Below, piece by piece: positions 18,501-26,898 of a stretch of 55,502 nt of DNA. The DNA is from an uncultured Smithella sp. (lineage in GTDB: Bacteria; Desulfobacterota; Syntrophia; Syntrophales; Smithellaceae). Position 1 is the first letter of the stretch. Each line of letters begins with the position of its first letter. A model generated the notes under the pieces. That model was not told the origin of the DNA. It saw nothing but the letters and a program-made list of their open reading frames with translations, and searched no databases. Location of the stretch: contig CAZGDK010000004.1 in assembly GCA_964525155.1 (NCBI GenBank), positions 1-55,502 on the forward strand. Reading direction: 5' to 3'. Both the position numbers and the translations under genes were made by a program.

Positions 18501-19766
18501 AACAATCACCACAAAAGCCATGATCTGCGTCTGGTTCCCTCGCGCACCCTGTCGCTCAATACCGAAAGTGTCACAAAATTCAAAGACAAGACGCTCCTTT
18601 TACCCTGTTTCGACCCCATCAATTCCAAGCTGCTCGAAGCCGTTTATCTTCGCGAAGGCATCGACGCCCGGCTGGTGGGGCTTACGGAAAAAACCATTCA
18701 GCGCGGCTTGCGCACCAACACCGGCCAATGTCTGCCCGTCAACCTGATTGCGCAAAGCTACCTGGACTATATTGAAGAAAATCTGCTGGATCCCGCGCAA
18801 ACCGTCGGATGGTGCTTTGACAGCCATGTCGCCTGCAACATCCGTCTTTATCCGCAATTGATCAAAGGCATCATGGAAGCCGCCGGAGGCGGCATGGAAA
18901 ATGTGGAAATGTATGTGGGAAGCATTTCGCTTTCCGACATCTCCATGCAGGCATCCATCGAAGCCTACTTCGCCCACATGTTCGGCGGCATGCTGCGCAA
19001 GATCGGCTGCCGGATCCGGCCCTATGAAAAAGAAAAAGGGCTTACGGATAAAGTTCTCGCTCAGTCGTTAACCATCCTTTACAACACGATTTTAGGCGGC
19101 AGAAGCAAGGATGACGATCTGGCCCGGGTCATCAACCTGTTTAAAAAAATCGAAACCGTTCCCGGCCAACGCCCGAAAGTCGCCGTCTTCGGCGATATGT
19201 ATGCCCGCGACAACGACGTCTTCAACCAGGATCTGGTTCATTGCATTGAAGAATACGGAGGCGAAGTCATCACCACGCCTTTCAACGAATTCGCCAAACT
19301 CATCGCCAGCCCCTACATGCGCCGCTGGTTTCTGGAAGGCGAATTCATGGACGTCATCATGACGAAAACACTCATCACACTCGTCAACCAGCTGGAAAAA
19401 AGCTATTACCGCATCTTCAATGAACTGCTGGACGAACCGTCATTGACGGCCACGATTGACTATAAAAATATTTACGACGATTTTCACGTCACGGTGCACC
19501 ACTACGGCGAATCGACGGACAACCTGTTGAAGATCGCCGCGCTGATGAACCATCACCCGGACATATCGCTTTTTGTGCAGACCAATCCGGCGTTTTGCTG
19601 CGCGGGCCTCGTCACCGAAGCCATGTCGTCGCGCATTGAAGAATACACGGGGATTCCCGTCGTGACGCTCAATTACGACGGCACCGGCAAGAACATCAAT
19701 TCCAAGGTGAGCCCCTACATCAAGTATCCGCGCCGCAGGGCTTGCGTCAAAGGCATGCCGGTCTAG
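15573..19766 (+). CDS. Giant acyl-CoA dehydratase activase-related protein: two BcrAD/BadFG ATPase domains plus a large C-terminal DUF2229-like region.
   Basis: Two actin-fold ATPase starts (IIGIDIGSVA and YLGIDIGSTSTKAV), each followed by the cluster-bridging CAAGTGSF motif. Cys-rich CDLCHNNCKINK. Length 1397 aa is typical of this family. Confidence 0.85.
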   Translation: MPHIIGIDIGSVALCVVELNEENAVINSLYQFHQGAIADTLRSMLNTINIANIDGVAMTASGPDILEDVVRYDTQIAMIAAVKKYHEKAGSILFVGGENFGLITFNKEGDYERFRSNSSCAAGTGSFLDQQAKRLNLKSIETLSTVAFCNQSNTPKIATRCAVFAKTDLIHAQQEGFSIGQISDGLCEGLAKNVIDTLLPNANIHEPLILAGGVSMNAAVVKHFRNLLQTEPVVGELSHLYGAIGAALLYREEAHLYSFSAKSWDDCFIKEIREKTYGYPPLELTLSSYPDFSSRTHYLFKPGNSAAAVEVDIYSPLRKKQNVYLGIDIGSTSTKAVLIDGQNDVLYGFYTQTAGAPLKALQAVFEAIEDIARKHTCEFIFDGVGATGSGRKFIGRIINADLIIDEITAHARAAYELDQDADTIIEIGGQDAKFTTLKNGMVTSSVMNNVCAAGTGSFIEEQAVKLGVSLSDYAERAMNTPSPISSDRCTVFMERDINNYLTEGYSVDEVLASVLHSVCENYLAKVAVEANIGQNICFQGATARNRALVAAFEHRLKKPIFVSRFCHLTGALGSALILAETAVKASAFRGLALYRENIPVENEVCDLCHNNCKINKVTVQGETVAFGFLCGRDYDTKRYVRTAQKHYDLIKERSKVFPPIRKPDALKKPVRIGIPNALYLAEEMPLWKHFFATLGVETVTSEGVKNAIKTGKKLAGAEFCAPMNAFFGHVQHLADKCDYIFLPYYLEAPKQKDEDYRYYCYYTQFAAAIAAGTKNLRLTRKTIMPVIDHHAFQSRIELFSILKSILNVGYWEIYNAYEAALSYYDEGRNNLINVYQRDKSSDGEINVALLGRPYAIMQNSMNKGIPDIFCALGVKTFYQDMLPVDREDTSEIAFLLKRMHWNHAARILKAALHIARTSGLYPVYVTSFKCSPDSFTLEYFKRIMDKYGKPYLILELDEHDSNVGYETRIEAAVRSFNNHHKSHDLRLVPSRTLSLNTESVTKFKDKTLLLPCFDPINSKLLEAVYLREGIDARLVGLTEKTIQRGLRTNTGQCLPVNLIAQSYLDYIEENLLDPAQTVGWCFDSHVACNIRLYPQLIKGIMEAAGGGMENVEMYVGSISLSDISMQASIEAYFAHMFGGMLRKIGCRIRPYEKEKGLTDKVLAQSLTILYNTILGGRSKDDDLARVINLFKKIETVPGQRPKVAVFGDMYARDNDVFNQDLVHCIEEYGGEVITTPFNEFAKLIASPYMRRWFLEGEFMDVIMTKTLITLVNQLEKSYYRIFNELLDEPSLTATIDYKNIYDDFHVTVHHYGESTDNLLKIAALMNHHPDISLFVQTNPAFCCAGLVTEAMSSRIEEYTGIPVVTLNYDGTGKNINSKVSPYIKYPRRRACVKGMPV

Positions 19767-19865
19767 CATGACGCTCTTGCCGTGCGGGCGGCTGCCTGCC
19801 TGATCCCGGCCTTTTACAGCCAGGTGTGCAGACAAAAGATTTCTATTTTCGGGGAAAGGAGCGTC

Positions 19866-20552
19866 ATGAAATTTCCATTTTCCACCTTCAGGCTGCCTTC
19901 TCTTTTACTTCTTTGTTTTCTCTTGACGTCGTGTACCGCGTTATCCGGCCCGGCGCGCTTCGCCCCGCCATCCGGTCACGGACCTCTGGTGCTCATGTTT
20001 TCCGGTATAACAGGGCCGATGCTCTATGCCGAATTCGCCAGACGCCTTGCCGATTCGGGCTATAATGCGCTCCTCCTCGACGGCAAGGATTTCGTCATTA
20101 ATGATGTTCCCGGCTGCCAGAATGCTCTCCGGACAATCATCGCCAAATATCATGAGCAAGCCGGAATATCTCAAGGCAAGACAGCTGTTATCGGATATTC
20201 ACTGGGAGGCGCCGTGGCGTTATCCTGCGCGGCAGGCATGCAGGAGGAGATTGCGGGCGTTATCGCGTACTATCCCGCCACAAGAATGATCTCGGATCAG
20301 GACGGATGCGTTGAGAGATTTCGCGTTCCCGTAACCGTCTTGCAGGGCGAAGACGATCATTACCTGAACTGCTGCACCGTTGAACAAATCAGGGACATGC
20401 ATGCGGCCGCGCTGAAAAAAGGAAAAGACGCTCAGCTGATTGTTTATCCCAAAGCAGGCCACGGCTTCAATCTTGGCCCGCTGAAAAACAAAACGATGGA
20501 TGAAGCGTCCTGGCGTAAAACCATGGAGTCGCTAAAACAGCATTTTCATTAA
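19866..20552 (+). CDS. Dienelactone hydrolase-family lipoprotein.
   Basis: The internal ATG at 19866 follows AAAGGA and gives the lipoprotein signal MKFPFSTFRLPSLLLLCFLLTSC. GYSLGG nucleophile elbow. C-terminal GHGF. The ORF-track start at 19782 is probably too far upstream. Confidence 0.8.
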   Translation: MKFPFSTFRLPSLLLLCFLLTSCTALSGPARFAPPSGHGPLVLMFSGITGPMLYAEFARRLADSGYNALLLDGKDFVINDVPGCQNALRTIIAKYHEQAGISQGKTAVIGYSLGGAVALSCAAGMQEEIAGVIAYYPATRMISDQDGCVERFRVPVTVLQGEDDHYLNCCTVEQIRDMHAAALKKGKDAQLIVYPKAGHGFNLGPLKNKTMDEASWRKTMESLKQHFH

Positions 20553-20569
20553 CAAGGCGGAGTAAAGGG

Positions 20570-21652
20570 TTGCAACTTAAATACATATTTGATAATGAAC
20601 CCTGCATGAAAGAAGAGCTCAGTCATATCAATGTGTTCCATGCTCTGAGGTCGGCAGGCATCGGCACAACGTCAAAACGTCTGGTGGTCGTGAATATTTT
20701 ACTTGGCCTGCTCTTGGGGCTTTGCCTGATAACTTCCTGCAAACAGGCGGCTGAAAACACCGCGACTGCCGACCGGCGCTTAACAATCGTTGCCTCCATT
20801 TATCCCCTCTTCGATTTCGCGCGCGCCATCGGCGGAGATAAAGTCGCCGTCACGATGCTCCTGCCTCCCGGATCGGACGCTCATCACTACGAAATGACTC
20901 CCGGCGACATCGTCAGGGCCGGCAAAGCGGATATCTTCCTGTTCACCAGTTTCGAGATGGAGCCGTGGGCTCATAAAGTCATAAGCGCCGCCGCGGAAAA
21001 CACGAACATGACGGCCCTCGAAGCGGGACAGGGAACACACCTTCTGACCATAGCCGAGCACGACGATCACGATGCCGTTCATCACGACGCCGCGAAAGAG
21101 GAACCGCATAAACATTTCAGCCGGTATGATCCGCATATCTGGCTTGATTTCGAAAATGCGCGTCTGATGGTGGACAACATCACCAGGACCTTCATTCAGA
21201 AAGATCCGAAAAACGGCGATCACTATAAGAAAAACGCCGGGCTCTTCAAGCAACGATTGACGGACCTGGACAACAAATACCGCGCGGAACTGACCCATTG
21301 CAAATCAAGAACCATCCTTCACGCCGGACATTGGGCGTTTGCCTATCTGGCCCGCCGGTACAACATCCGCTATGTGGCCGCCTACAATATTTCGGCGGAC
21401 GCGGAGCCGTCACCCAAGCATATTCTTGCGCTCATTGGCGACATACGGTCGCAAAAGCTCAACTACATTTTTTACGAAGACCTGACGGCGCCCCGACTGG
21501 CGCAAACAATCGCCGGCGAAACCGGCGTGAGTCTGCTTAAGCTCAATAACGGCCATGACATCGGCAAAGACGATATGCAACGTGGCGTGACCTTTATCGC
21601 GCTGATGGAGAACAATCTGGCGCATCTTAAAAAGGGAATGCAATGCAAATAA
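20570..21652 (+). CDS. znuA: Metal (Zn/Mn) ABC transporter substrate-binding lipoprotein, ZnuA-like, with a His-rich loop.
   Basis: Lipobox LITSC. His/Asp-rich loop EHDDHDAVHHDAAKEEPHKH. PHIWLD motif. Start is either TTG 20570 (GGAG 7 nt upstream) or ATG 20606. Confidence 0.85.
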   Translation: MQLKYIFDNEPCMKEELSHINVFHALRSAGIGTTSKRLVVVNILLGLLLGLCLITSCKQAAENTATADRRLTIVASIYPLFDFARAIGGDKVAVTMLLPPGSDAHHYEMTPGDIVRAGKADIFLFTSFEMEPWAHKVISAAAENTNMTALEAGQGTHLLTIAEHDDHDAVHHDAAKEEPHKHFSRYDPHIWLDFENARLMVDNITRTFIQKDPKNGDHYKKNAGLFKQRLTDLDNKYRAELTHCKSRTILHAGHWAFAYLARRYNIRYVAAYNISADAEPSPKHILALIGDIRSQKLNYIFYEDLTAPRLAQTIAGETGVSLLKLNNGHDIGKDDMQRGVTFIALMENNLAHLKKGMQCK

Positions 21653-22380
21653 TCCGCGTGGAAAACCTGTCGTTTCGCTACAATGGCATGGAAGCGATCA
21701 GCGGCATCACCTTTTCCGTTGAAAAAGGCGACTATCTCGGCATTGTCGGCCCCAACGGTTCAGGCAAAAGCACGCTGATCAAAAATATTCTGGGGATTTT
21801 GCGGCCCGATCGGGGCCTGGTTGAACTGTTTGGAACGAAGCTTGCCCTTTTTCGCGACTGGAACAAGATCGGGTATCTTCCCCAGCGGATCAATGCGCTG
21901 AGCGCTCATTTTCCCGCAACGGTGTCTGAAATCGTGCAGATGGGCATGAAAAAGAAAAGCAGGGTCGCGCTCAGGCAGACATTGGACATGATGGCCATTG
22001 GACATCTGGCGTCGCGCCTGATCGGCGAGCTTTCCTACGGAGAACAGCAACGGGCCATGCTGGCGCGCGCGCTTCTGAGAAAGCCGGAACTGCTGATCTT
22101 TGATGAACCGACAACGGCGTTGGATCCCGAAACCCGGGAACTGTTCTATGCCATGACCGAGCAGTTGAACCGGACGGATCAAACCACCGTCATCCTGATC
22201 ACGCACGACATCGGCGTGATCGGCCAATACGCGCAAAATCTGCTTTACCTGGACAAAAAATCCGTATTTTCCGGAACCTTCAAGGATTTCTGTTCGTCGC
22301 CCGACATGACCGGACTTTTCGGTCCGGCAAGCCAGCACATCATCTGCCATCAACATGATCACGCGGAAAGGCAACCCTGA
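21643..22380 (+). CDS. znuC: Metal ABC transporter ATP-binding protein, ZnuC-like.
   Basis: Walker A GPNGSGKST. Signature LSYGEQQR. Walker B LIFDEPT. Overlaps znuA by 10 nt. Confidence 0.88.
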   Translation: MQIIRVENLSFRYNGMEAISGITFSVEKGDYLGIVGPNGSGKSTLIKNILGILRPDRGLVELFGTKLALFRDWNKIGYLPQRINALSAHFPATVSEIVQMGMKKKSRVALRQTLDMMAIGHLASRLIGELSYGEQQRAMLARALLRKPELLIFDEPTTALDPETRELFYAMTEQLNRTDQTTVILITHDIGVIGQYAQNLLYLDKKSVFSGTFKDFCSSPDMTGLFGPASQHIICHQHDHAERQP

Positions 22381-23207
22381 TGGAATTCACGGACATCCTC
22401 ACCTATGGATTTATCCACCGGGCCATGATCGCGGGCGTTTTGATTGCGGCTGTTTGTTCTTTGCTGGGTCTGTTTCTTGTTCTGCGCCGTTTTTCTCTGA
22501 TTGGAGACGGGCTGGCGCACACCACATTCGGCAGTGTCGCATTGGTGCTCTTCATCGGCCTTAGCCCTCTGTACATTACGCTGGCGACATTGCCGCTGGT
22601 GATGCTTGCGTCCCTGGCCATTTTCAAATTAACCTCTTCCAGAAAAATCAATGCCGATGCGGCCATCGGCATTGTCTCGTCCGCGGGAATAGCGCTTGGC
22701 GTCATTTTAACCAGCCTCTCCGGAGGAATGAACATTAATTTGTTCAGCTATCTGTTCGGCAACATTTTAACCGTTACGTCAACGGAACTTTATCTTTCCT
22801 GCATCGCCCTCATCGCCGTCGCATTCTGGGTCATTTATTTTTACAAAGATTTGTTCGCCGTCACCTTTGATCAGGAACTGGCGCAAAGCATGGGTGTCCA
22901 TACACGGCAAATCAACATCATGTTGTTTTTACTGAGCGCAGTGGCCGCCGTTCTGGCCATGAAAGTTGCCGGCATCATGCTCGCATCCGCATTGATGATC
23001 CTTCCGCCGCTTACAGCCCTCCAGCTTTCGGCTGGCTTTCGGACCACTTTGCTCGCATCCGTTTTTTTTGCCGCCCTTGCGGTTCTGTGCGGCATTCTTT
23101 TCGCTTTTCTGTTCAATGTGCCGGCGGGACCGTCGATCGTTCTTTTAAACATTTGCTTTCTTTTTTTAACTTTCACGGCTAAAAAAATCTCCAGCATACG
23201 GAGGTAA
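22380..23207 (+). CDS. znuB: Metal ABC transporter permease, ZnuB-like.
   Basis: ABC-3 family pattern with 8-9 TM. Its start shares 1 nt with the znuC stop (TGATG). Confidence 0.88.
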   Translation: MEFTDILTYGFIHRAMIAGVLIAAVCSLLGLFLVLRRFSLIGDGLAHTTFGSVALVLFIGLSPLYITLATLPLVMLASLAIFKLTSSRKINADAAIGIVSSAGIALGVILTSLSGGMNINLFSYLFGNILTVTSTELYLSCIALIAVAFWVIYFYKDLFAVTFDQELAQSMGVHTRQINIMLFLLSAVAAVLAMKVAGIMLASALMILPPLTALQLSAGFRTTLLASVFFAALAVLCGILFAFLFNVPAGPSIVLLNICFLFLTFTAKKISSIRR

Positions 23208-23213
23208 ATCCTG

Positions 23214-24170
23214 ATGTCGCTTATCAAAAATCTGGCAGCATCGTCCAATCTGCTCTTCGTCGCAGCGGTTATTCTGGGTATTTTTTTGCCACAGGCTAAG
23301 CCTTTAATCTTTGTGCTGATTCTTCCCGCATTAACGATTCTTCTCACCGTAACGCTCTTGCGCTTTCCGCGCGGCTTTTTTAGGCATCTAAGGAAGCTCG
23401 TCCCCTCGATTCTTCTGGGCAACCTGATGAACTATCTTCTTCTGGGCAATGTGATCATTCTGGGAAGCATTTTTTTAATTCGGGACGAAAAGATATGGAT
23501 CGGCATGATTCTGGTTGCCGCCGTGCCGTCCGCCGTCCATATCCTTTCTCTGGGAGAAAAAATGCGCGCCGATAAACCGTTGACGTTTGCGGGGCTTGCC
23601 GGAACCTACATGGCCGCCATTATCCTGATCCCTCTGATCGGTCTGGCGTTTCTGAAATACATTCCGATTTCCTACGAAAAGCTCATTGTTCTGGTCCTGG
23701 CGCTTGTCGTATTGCCGCTTATTTTCTCGCGCATTGCCGTTGACCGCAACTGGGATGCCGCCATTGAAAAACGGGCGGGGCTCGTTACCGAAGTATGTTT
23801 TTTTATAATTTTCTACGCCGTTGCATCCGCAAACGCCCAACTGATCAAAGGATGGCCGGTCGAACTTCTTTTCATCTGCGCCGTGGCGATTTTATCGATT
23901 GTTCCGTTTGTCATAACGTTCTTTTTCATACATAAACTGCATAAAGTTCCCGATCACGCGCTTATATCGCTCCTTCTTTTGGGAACCATGAAAAATTACG
24001 GACTCGCGGGCGCCATCGCCCTCTATGTTTTTCATAACGAAACGGCGCTGCCCGCTCTCATCTTTGCCACATTCATGTTCTTTTATTCCATAGGGCTGAA
24101 ATTCATGGCGCACCGTTTTCCCGCGCCGGAAACCGCCCCGGCTCGTTTGCGCGATCCGGATCACATCTGA
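23214..24170 (+). CDS. Polytopic membrane transporter, paralog of 12065-12970. Positioned as the fourth gene of the znu cluster.
   Basis: Starts 6 nt after the znuB stop. Conserved blocks are shared with the 12065-12970 product (see that entry). Confidence 0.6.
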   Translation: MSLIKNLAASSNLLFVAAVILGIFLPQAKPLIFVLILPALTILLTVTLLRFPRGFFRHLRKLVPSILLGNLMNYLLLGNVIILGSIFLIRDEKIWIGMILVAAVPSAVHILSLGEKMRADKPLTFAGLAGTYMAAIILIPLIGLAFLKYIPISYEKLIVLVLALVVLPLIFSRIAVDRNWDAAIEKRAGLVTEVCFFIIFYAVASANAQLIKGWPVELLFICAVAILSIVPFVITFFFIHKLHKVPDHALISLLLLGTMKNYGLAGAIALYVFHNETALPALIFATFMFFYSIGLKFMAHRFPAPETAPARLRDPDHI

Positions 24171-24182
24171 CAAATAAAAAAA

Positions 24183-24212
24183 GGGGGCTTGAAAAACAAG
24201 CTCCCCTTTTTT
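24183..24212. terminator. Bidirectional rho-independent terminator.
   Basis: GGGGGCTTG aaaaa CAAGCTCCC stem (one G-U pair) followed by TTTTTT, with an A-run on the other side. It sits between convergent genes. Confidence 0.6.
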
Positions 24213-24235
24213 ATATAAAACTTTCGCAGGATTGA

Positions 24236-24517
24236 CTATTCTTGACCGTCCACCCGATCTTTCAACTCTTTGCCGACTTTAAAGAAGGGCAGCTTTTTGG
24301 GATCGACTTTAATTTTGGTGCCGGTTTTCGGATTTCTTCCCGTATAAGAACCATATTCTTTAACAACAAAGCTGCCGAAGCCGCGAATTTCGATTCGACC
24401 GCCGTTTTTCAATTCATCGGTGAAACCCTTGAATACAAGATTAACAACATCAATAGCTTTCTTTTCCGTTAAATTCAGCTTTTTACTCAAAGCTTCAATA
24501 AGACCGGATTTATTCAT
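24236..24517 (-). CDS. ihfB: Integration host factor beta-like / HU-family DNA-bending protein.
   Basis: RIEIRGFGSF, GRNPKTG and FKVGKELKDRV closely parallel the E. coli IhfB blocks. AAGGAGG SD. Confidence 0.85.
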   Translation of the reverse strand: MNKSGLIEALSKKLNLTEKKAIDVVNLVFKGFTDELKNGGRIEIRGFGSFVVKEYGSYTGRNPKTGTKIKVDPKKLPFFKVGKELKDRVDGQE

Positions 24518-24587
24518 AGATCCTCCTTATATACTATTTACAGCGTGAATTCCCTGATGGTTAAGCAAGTCACCGTTCACGGATGCG

Positions 24588-24616
24588 AATATGATTTATT
24601 TTTCGTTGTTTGTCAA
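24588..24616 (-). promoter_or_regulatory. Candidate sigma70 promoter for ihfB.
   Basis: The minus strand reads TTGACA (24616-24611), then 17 nt, then CATATT (24593-24588). It lies just downstream of the rluB stop. Confidence 0.4.
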
Positions 24617-24624
24617 GAATATTT

Positions 24625-25356
24625 TTACCTTTTTTGCCTTTCGGGCGCTGCGGTAAGGTGATGAATTTCCTTGCTCGTGAGATGTCTCCACTGCCCTTCT
24701 TTCAACCCGGTCAGTGTGATATTTCCAATGGATTGGCGCACCAGACGTGTGACCTGGCGTCCGCAGGCCTCGAATCCCCGGCGAATGATCCGGTTTCTGC
24801 CCTCGCGCAGCGTCAGAGACAGCCAGGTGCTCTTGTCATTGAACTTTTCAATTTTCAGGTTTTCCGGTTTGAAAGAACCGTCCGGGAGTGTCAACCCCTT
24901 GCCGATTTTCTTTAATTCTTCGGAACTTAACCGGCCGGCAATCTTCACCCGGTAGACTTTGGGAATCTCGAAACGCGGATGCTGGACCTTTTGAGCAAAG
25001 GCTCCATCATTGGTCAAAAGCAAAAGCCCAGACGAATCATAGTCGAGCCTCCCCACGGGATAAACACGCTCCCCGAGGTCGGCTGTCAAATCGACCACCG
25101 TCGGCCTGTTTTGCGGATCGGACATGGTCGTGACGTACTCCGCCGGCTTGTACAACGCAATGTAATAATTTTCTTTCTCAACGGAAATGGTCTTTCCGTC
25201 AATCCGGATCACATCCTTTTGCGGATCCGCCTTGACGCCCAGTTCGGTGACAACTTCGCCATTGACGCTCACCCGGCCCGCCGTGATCAGTTTTTCGGCA
25301 TGGCGGCGCGAATCAACACCGGCGGCGGCAATGATCTTCTGCAAACGTTCTTTCAT
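24625..25356 (-). CDS. rluB: RsuA/RluB-family 23S/16S rRNA pseudouridine synthase with an S4 domain.
   Basis: N-terminal S4 (RLQKIIAAAGVDSRRHAEKLI..GRVSVNG). Catalytic block VYPVGRLDYDSSGLLLLTNDG. Confidence 0.85.
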   Translation of the reverse strand: MKERLQKIIAAAGVDSRRHAEKLITAGRVSVNGEVVTELGVKADPQKDVIRIDGKTISVEKENYYIALYKPAEYVTTMSDPQNRPTVVDLTADLGERVYPVGRLDYDSSGLLLLTNDGAFAQKVQHPRFEIPKVYRVKIAGRLSSEELKKIGKGLTLPDGSFKPENLKIEKFNDKSTWLSLTLREGRNRIIRRGFEACGRQVTRLVRQSIGNITLTGLKEGQWRHLTSKEIHHLTAAPERQKR

Positions 25357-26141
25357 AAAACGGTCTCTTCGTCGGAAATTTCCGGCGAGGGAATATCCGG
25401 CTCGGGTGTTTCTTCAATCGCCTGATCTGCCGGCAGCGCCGCATCCGTTTCTGCCTGCTCTTTCGTTTCTTCTATGATCTCCCCTGGCGCACTTTCATCC
25501 AGCAACACGACTGCGTCTCCTTCGGCCACTGATTCAGAAACCCGGCTTTCGGTTTCCGGCGCCTGTTCGACCTGCTGAAGATCATCAAAATCAATCGTTT
25601 CCTGCTGATAAACCTCCTGGTTTTCCGTAAGCTCTTTGAGCTCCCGCATCGTTGGCAGATCGGTCAGCTCCTTGAGATTGAAAACTTCCAGAAACCTTTT
25701 GGTGGTTCCATAAATGATGGGTTTTCCCGGAACGTCTTTTCGCCCGACAATGCGGATCAGTTTCTTTTCCATCAATCCTTTGAGCGGCGCGCTGACATCA
25801 ACCCCGCGGATACTTTCAATTTCCGCTTTGACAATCGGTTGCCGGTACGCGACGATGGCGAGCGTCTCCAGCGCGGCGGGCGAAAGCGAGGTAGGTTTCA
25901 CACCCTTGAGTTTCTTGAGCCATAAGGCCAGCTCGGGGCGGGTGCGGAACTGATACCCTCCCGCCACTTCCTGAATGCAGATGCCGCTTGCACGCCGGTC
26001 ATATTCAGCAATGAGCTGGTCGATGGCATCTTTGATTTCATTCTTTTCAACGCCCTCCAGGACGGCGCAGATTTTCTCCAACACCAGCGGCGCTTCCGAC
26101 GCCAGAATCAACGCTTCAATAATTGCCGATAAATTTTCCAT
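25353..26141 (-). CDS. scpB: Segregation and condensation protein B with an acidic C-terminal extension of about 80 aa.
   Basis: ScpB winged-helix blocks (IEALILASEAPL, GGYQFRTRPE, LETLAIVAYRQPI, IRGVD). The tail is rich in E/D/T/P. Confidence 0.88.
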   Translation of the reverse strand: MENLSAIIEALILASEAPLVLEKICAVLEGVEKNEIKDAIDQLIAEYDRRASGICIQEVAGGYQFRTRPELALWLKKLKGVKPTSLSPAALETLAIVAYRQPIVKAEIESIRGVDVSAPLKGLMEKKLIRIVGRKDVPGKPIIYGTTKRFLEVFNLKELTDLPTMRELKELTENQEVYQQETIDFDDLQQVEQAPETESRVSESVAEGDAVVLLDESAPGEIIEETKEQAETDAALPADQAIEETPEPDIPSPEISDEETVL

Positions 26142-26891
26142 TTAAGACTCCACAGCCGGAAATATACGAATGGCGCCAAACGCCGCCGTCTGATAGGCCT
26201 TGATCATCTTGAGCTTGATGAGCTCCAGCATCGCCAGAAAGGTGTATACGATTCGACGTCTATCTTTTTTCTCACCCAGCAGTTCTTCAAACGTAAGGCT
26301 TTTTTCACGAATCAGGCGCTCCATGACATCATTGATGATTTCCGTCAATGACAATTTTTCCAGATCGATTTCCATCAGTTCTTTTTTATCCAGACGCGAC
26401 ACCACCGCGTGCAGGGCTTCAATGAGTTCAAAAATACTGACTTCGATGAGCTCGCCGTCATCGGACGTTTTGATTTTCTTTTCCTCCGGCAGAACCGCCG
26501 CCCGTTTAAAGACATCGCGCTCCAGGATCGGCCGATTAGCCAGCGTGGTGGCGGCTTCCTTGAACGCCTGATATTCCAGAAGCTGCTTGACCAGCTCCGC
26601 GCGGGGATCGCCTTCCTGGTCTTCGTCGGTTGGCTCTTCCGGCGCCGGCAAAAGCATCCGGGACTTGATGTGAATCAGCGTGGAGGCCATCACCAGATAT
26701 TCGCCCGCCAGGTCCAGATTCAGCGATTTGATGATGTTGAGATAGTCTAGATACTGCTGCGTGATGAGGGCAATGGGAATATTGTAGATGTCGATCTCAT
26801 TTTTTTTGATCAGGTACAATAGCAGATCGAGCGGACCTTCGAACACATCCAGCTTGATGGCATAATCGGACTTGATTTCTTCTTCGATCAT
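26142..26891 (-). CDS. scpA: Segregation and condensation protein A (kleisin).
   Basis: N-terminal FEGPLDLLLYLIKKNEIDIYNIPIA is the canonical ScpA start. It is immediately followed by scpB. Confidence 0.88.
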   Translation of the reverse strand: MIEEEIKSDYAIKLDVFEGPLDLLLYLIKKNEIDIYNIPIALITQQYLDYLNIIKSLNLDLAGEYLVMASTLIHIKSRMLLPAPEEPTDEDQEGDPRAELVKQLLEYQAFKEAATTLANRPILERDVFKRAAVLPEEKKIKTSDDGELIEVSIFELIEALHAVVSRLDKKELMEIDLEKLSLTEIINDVMERLIREKSLTFEELLGEKKDRRRIVYTFLAMLELIKLKMIKAYQTAAFGAIRIFPAVES

Positions 26892-26898
26892 AGGCGTC

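Noticed and set aside
17796-18521. A 241-aa antisense ORF (and several others) within the activase gene.
   Set aside because: The sense frame is continuous for 1397 codons with repeated ATPase motifs. The antisense products lack motifs and translation signals.
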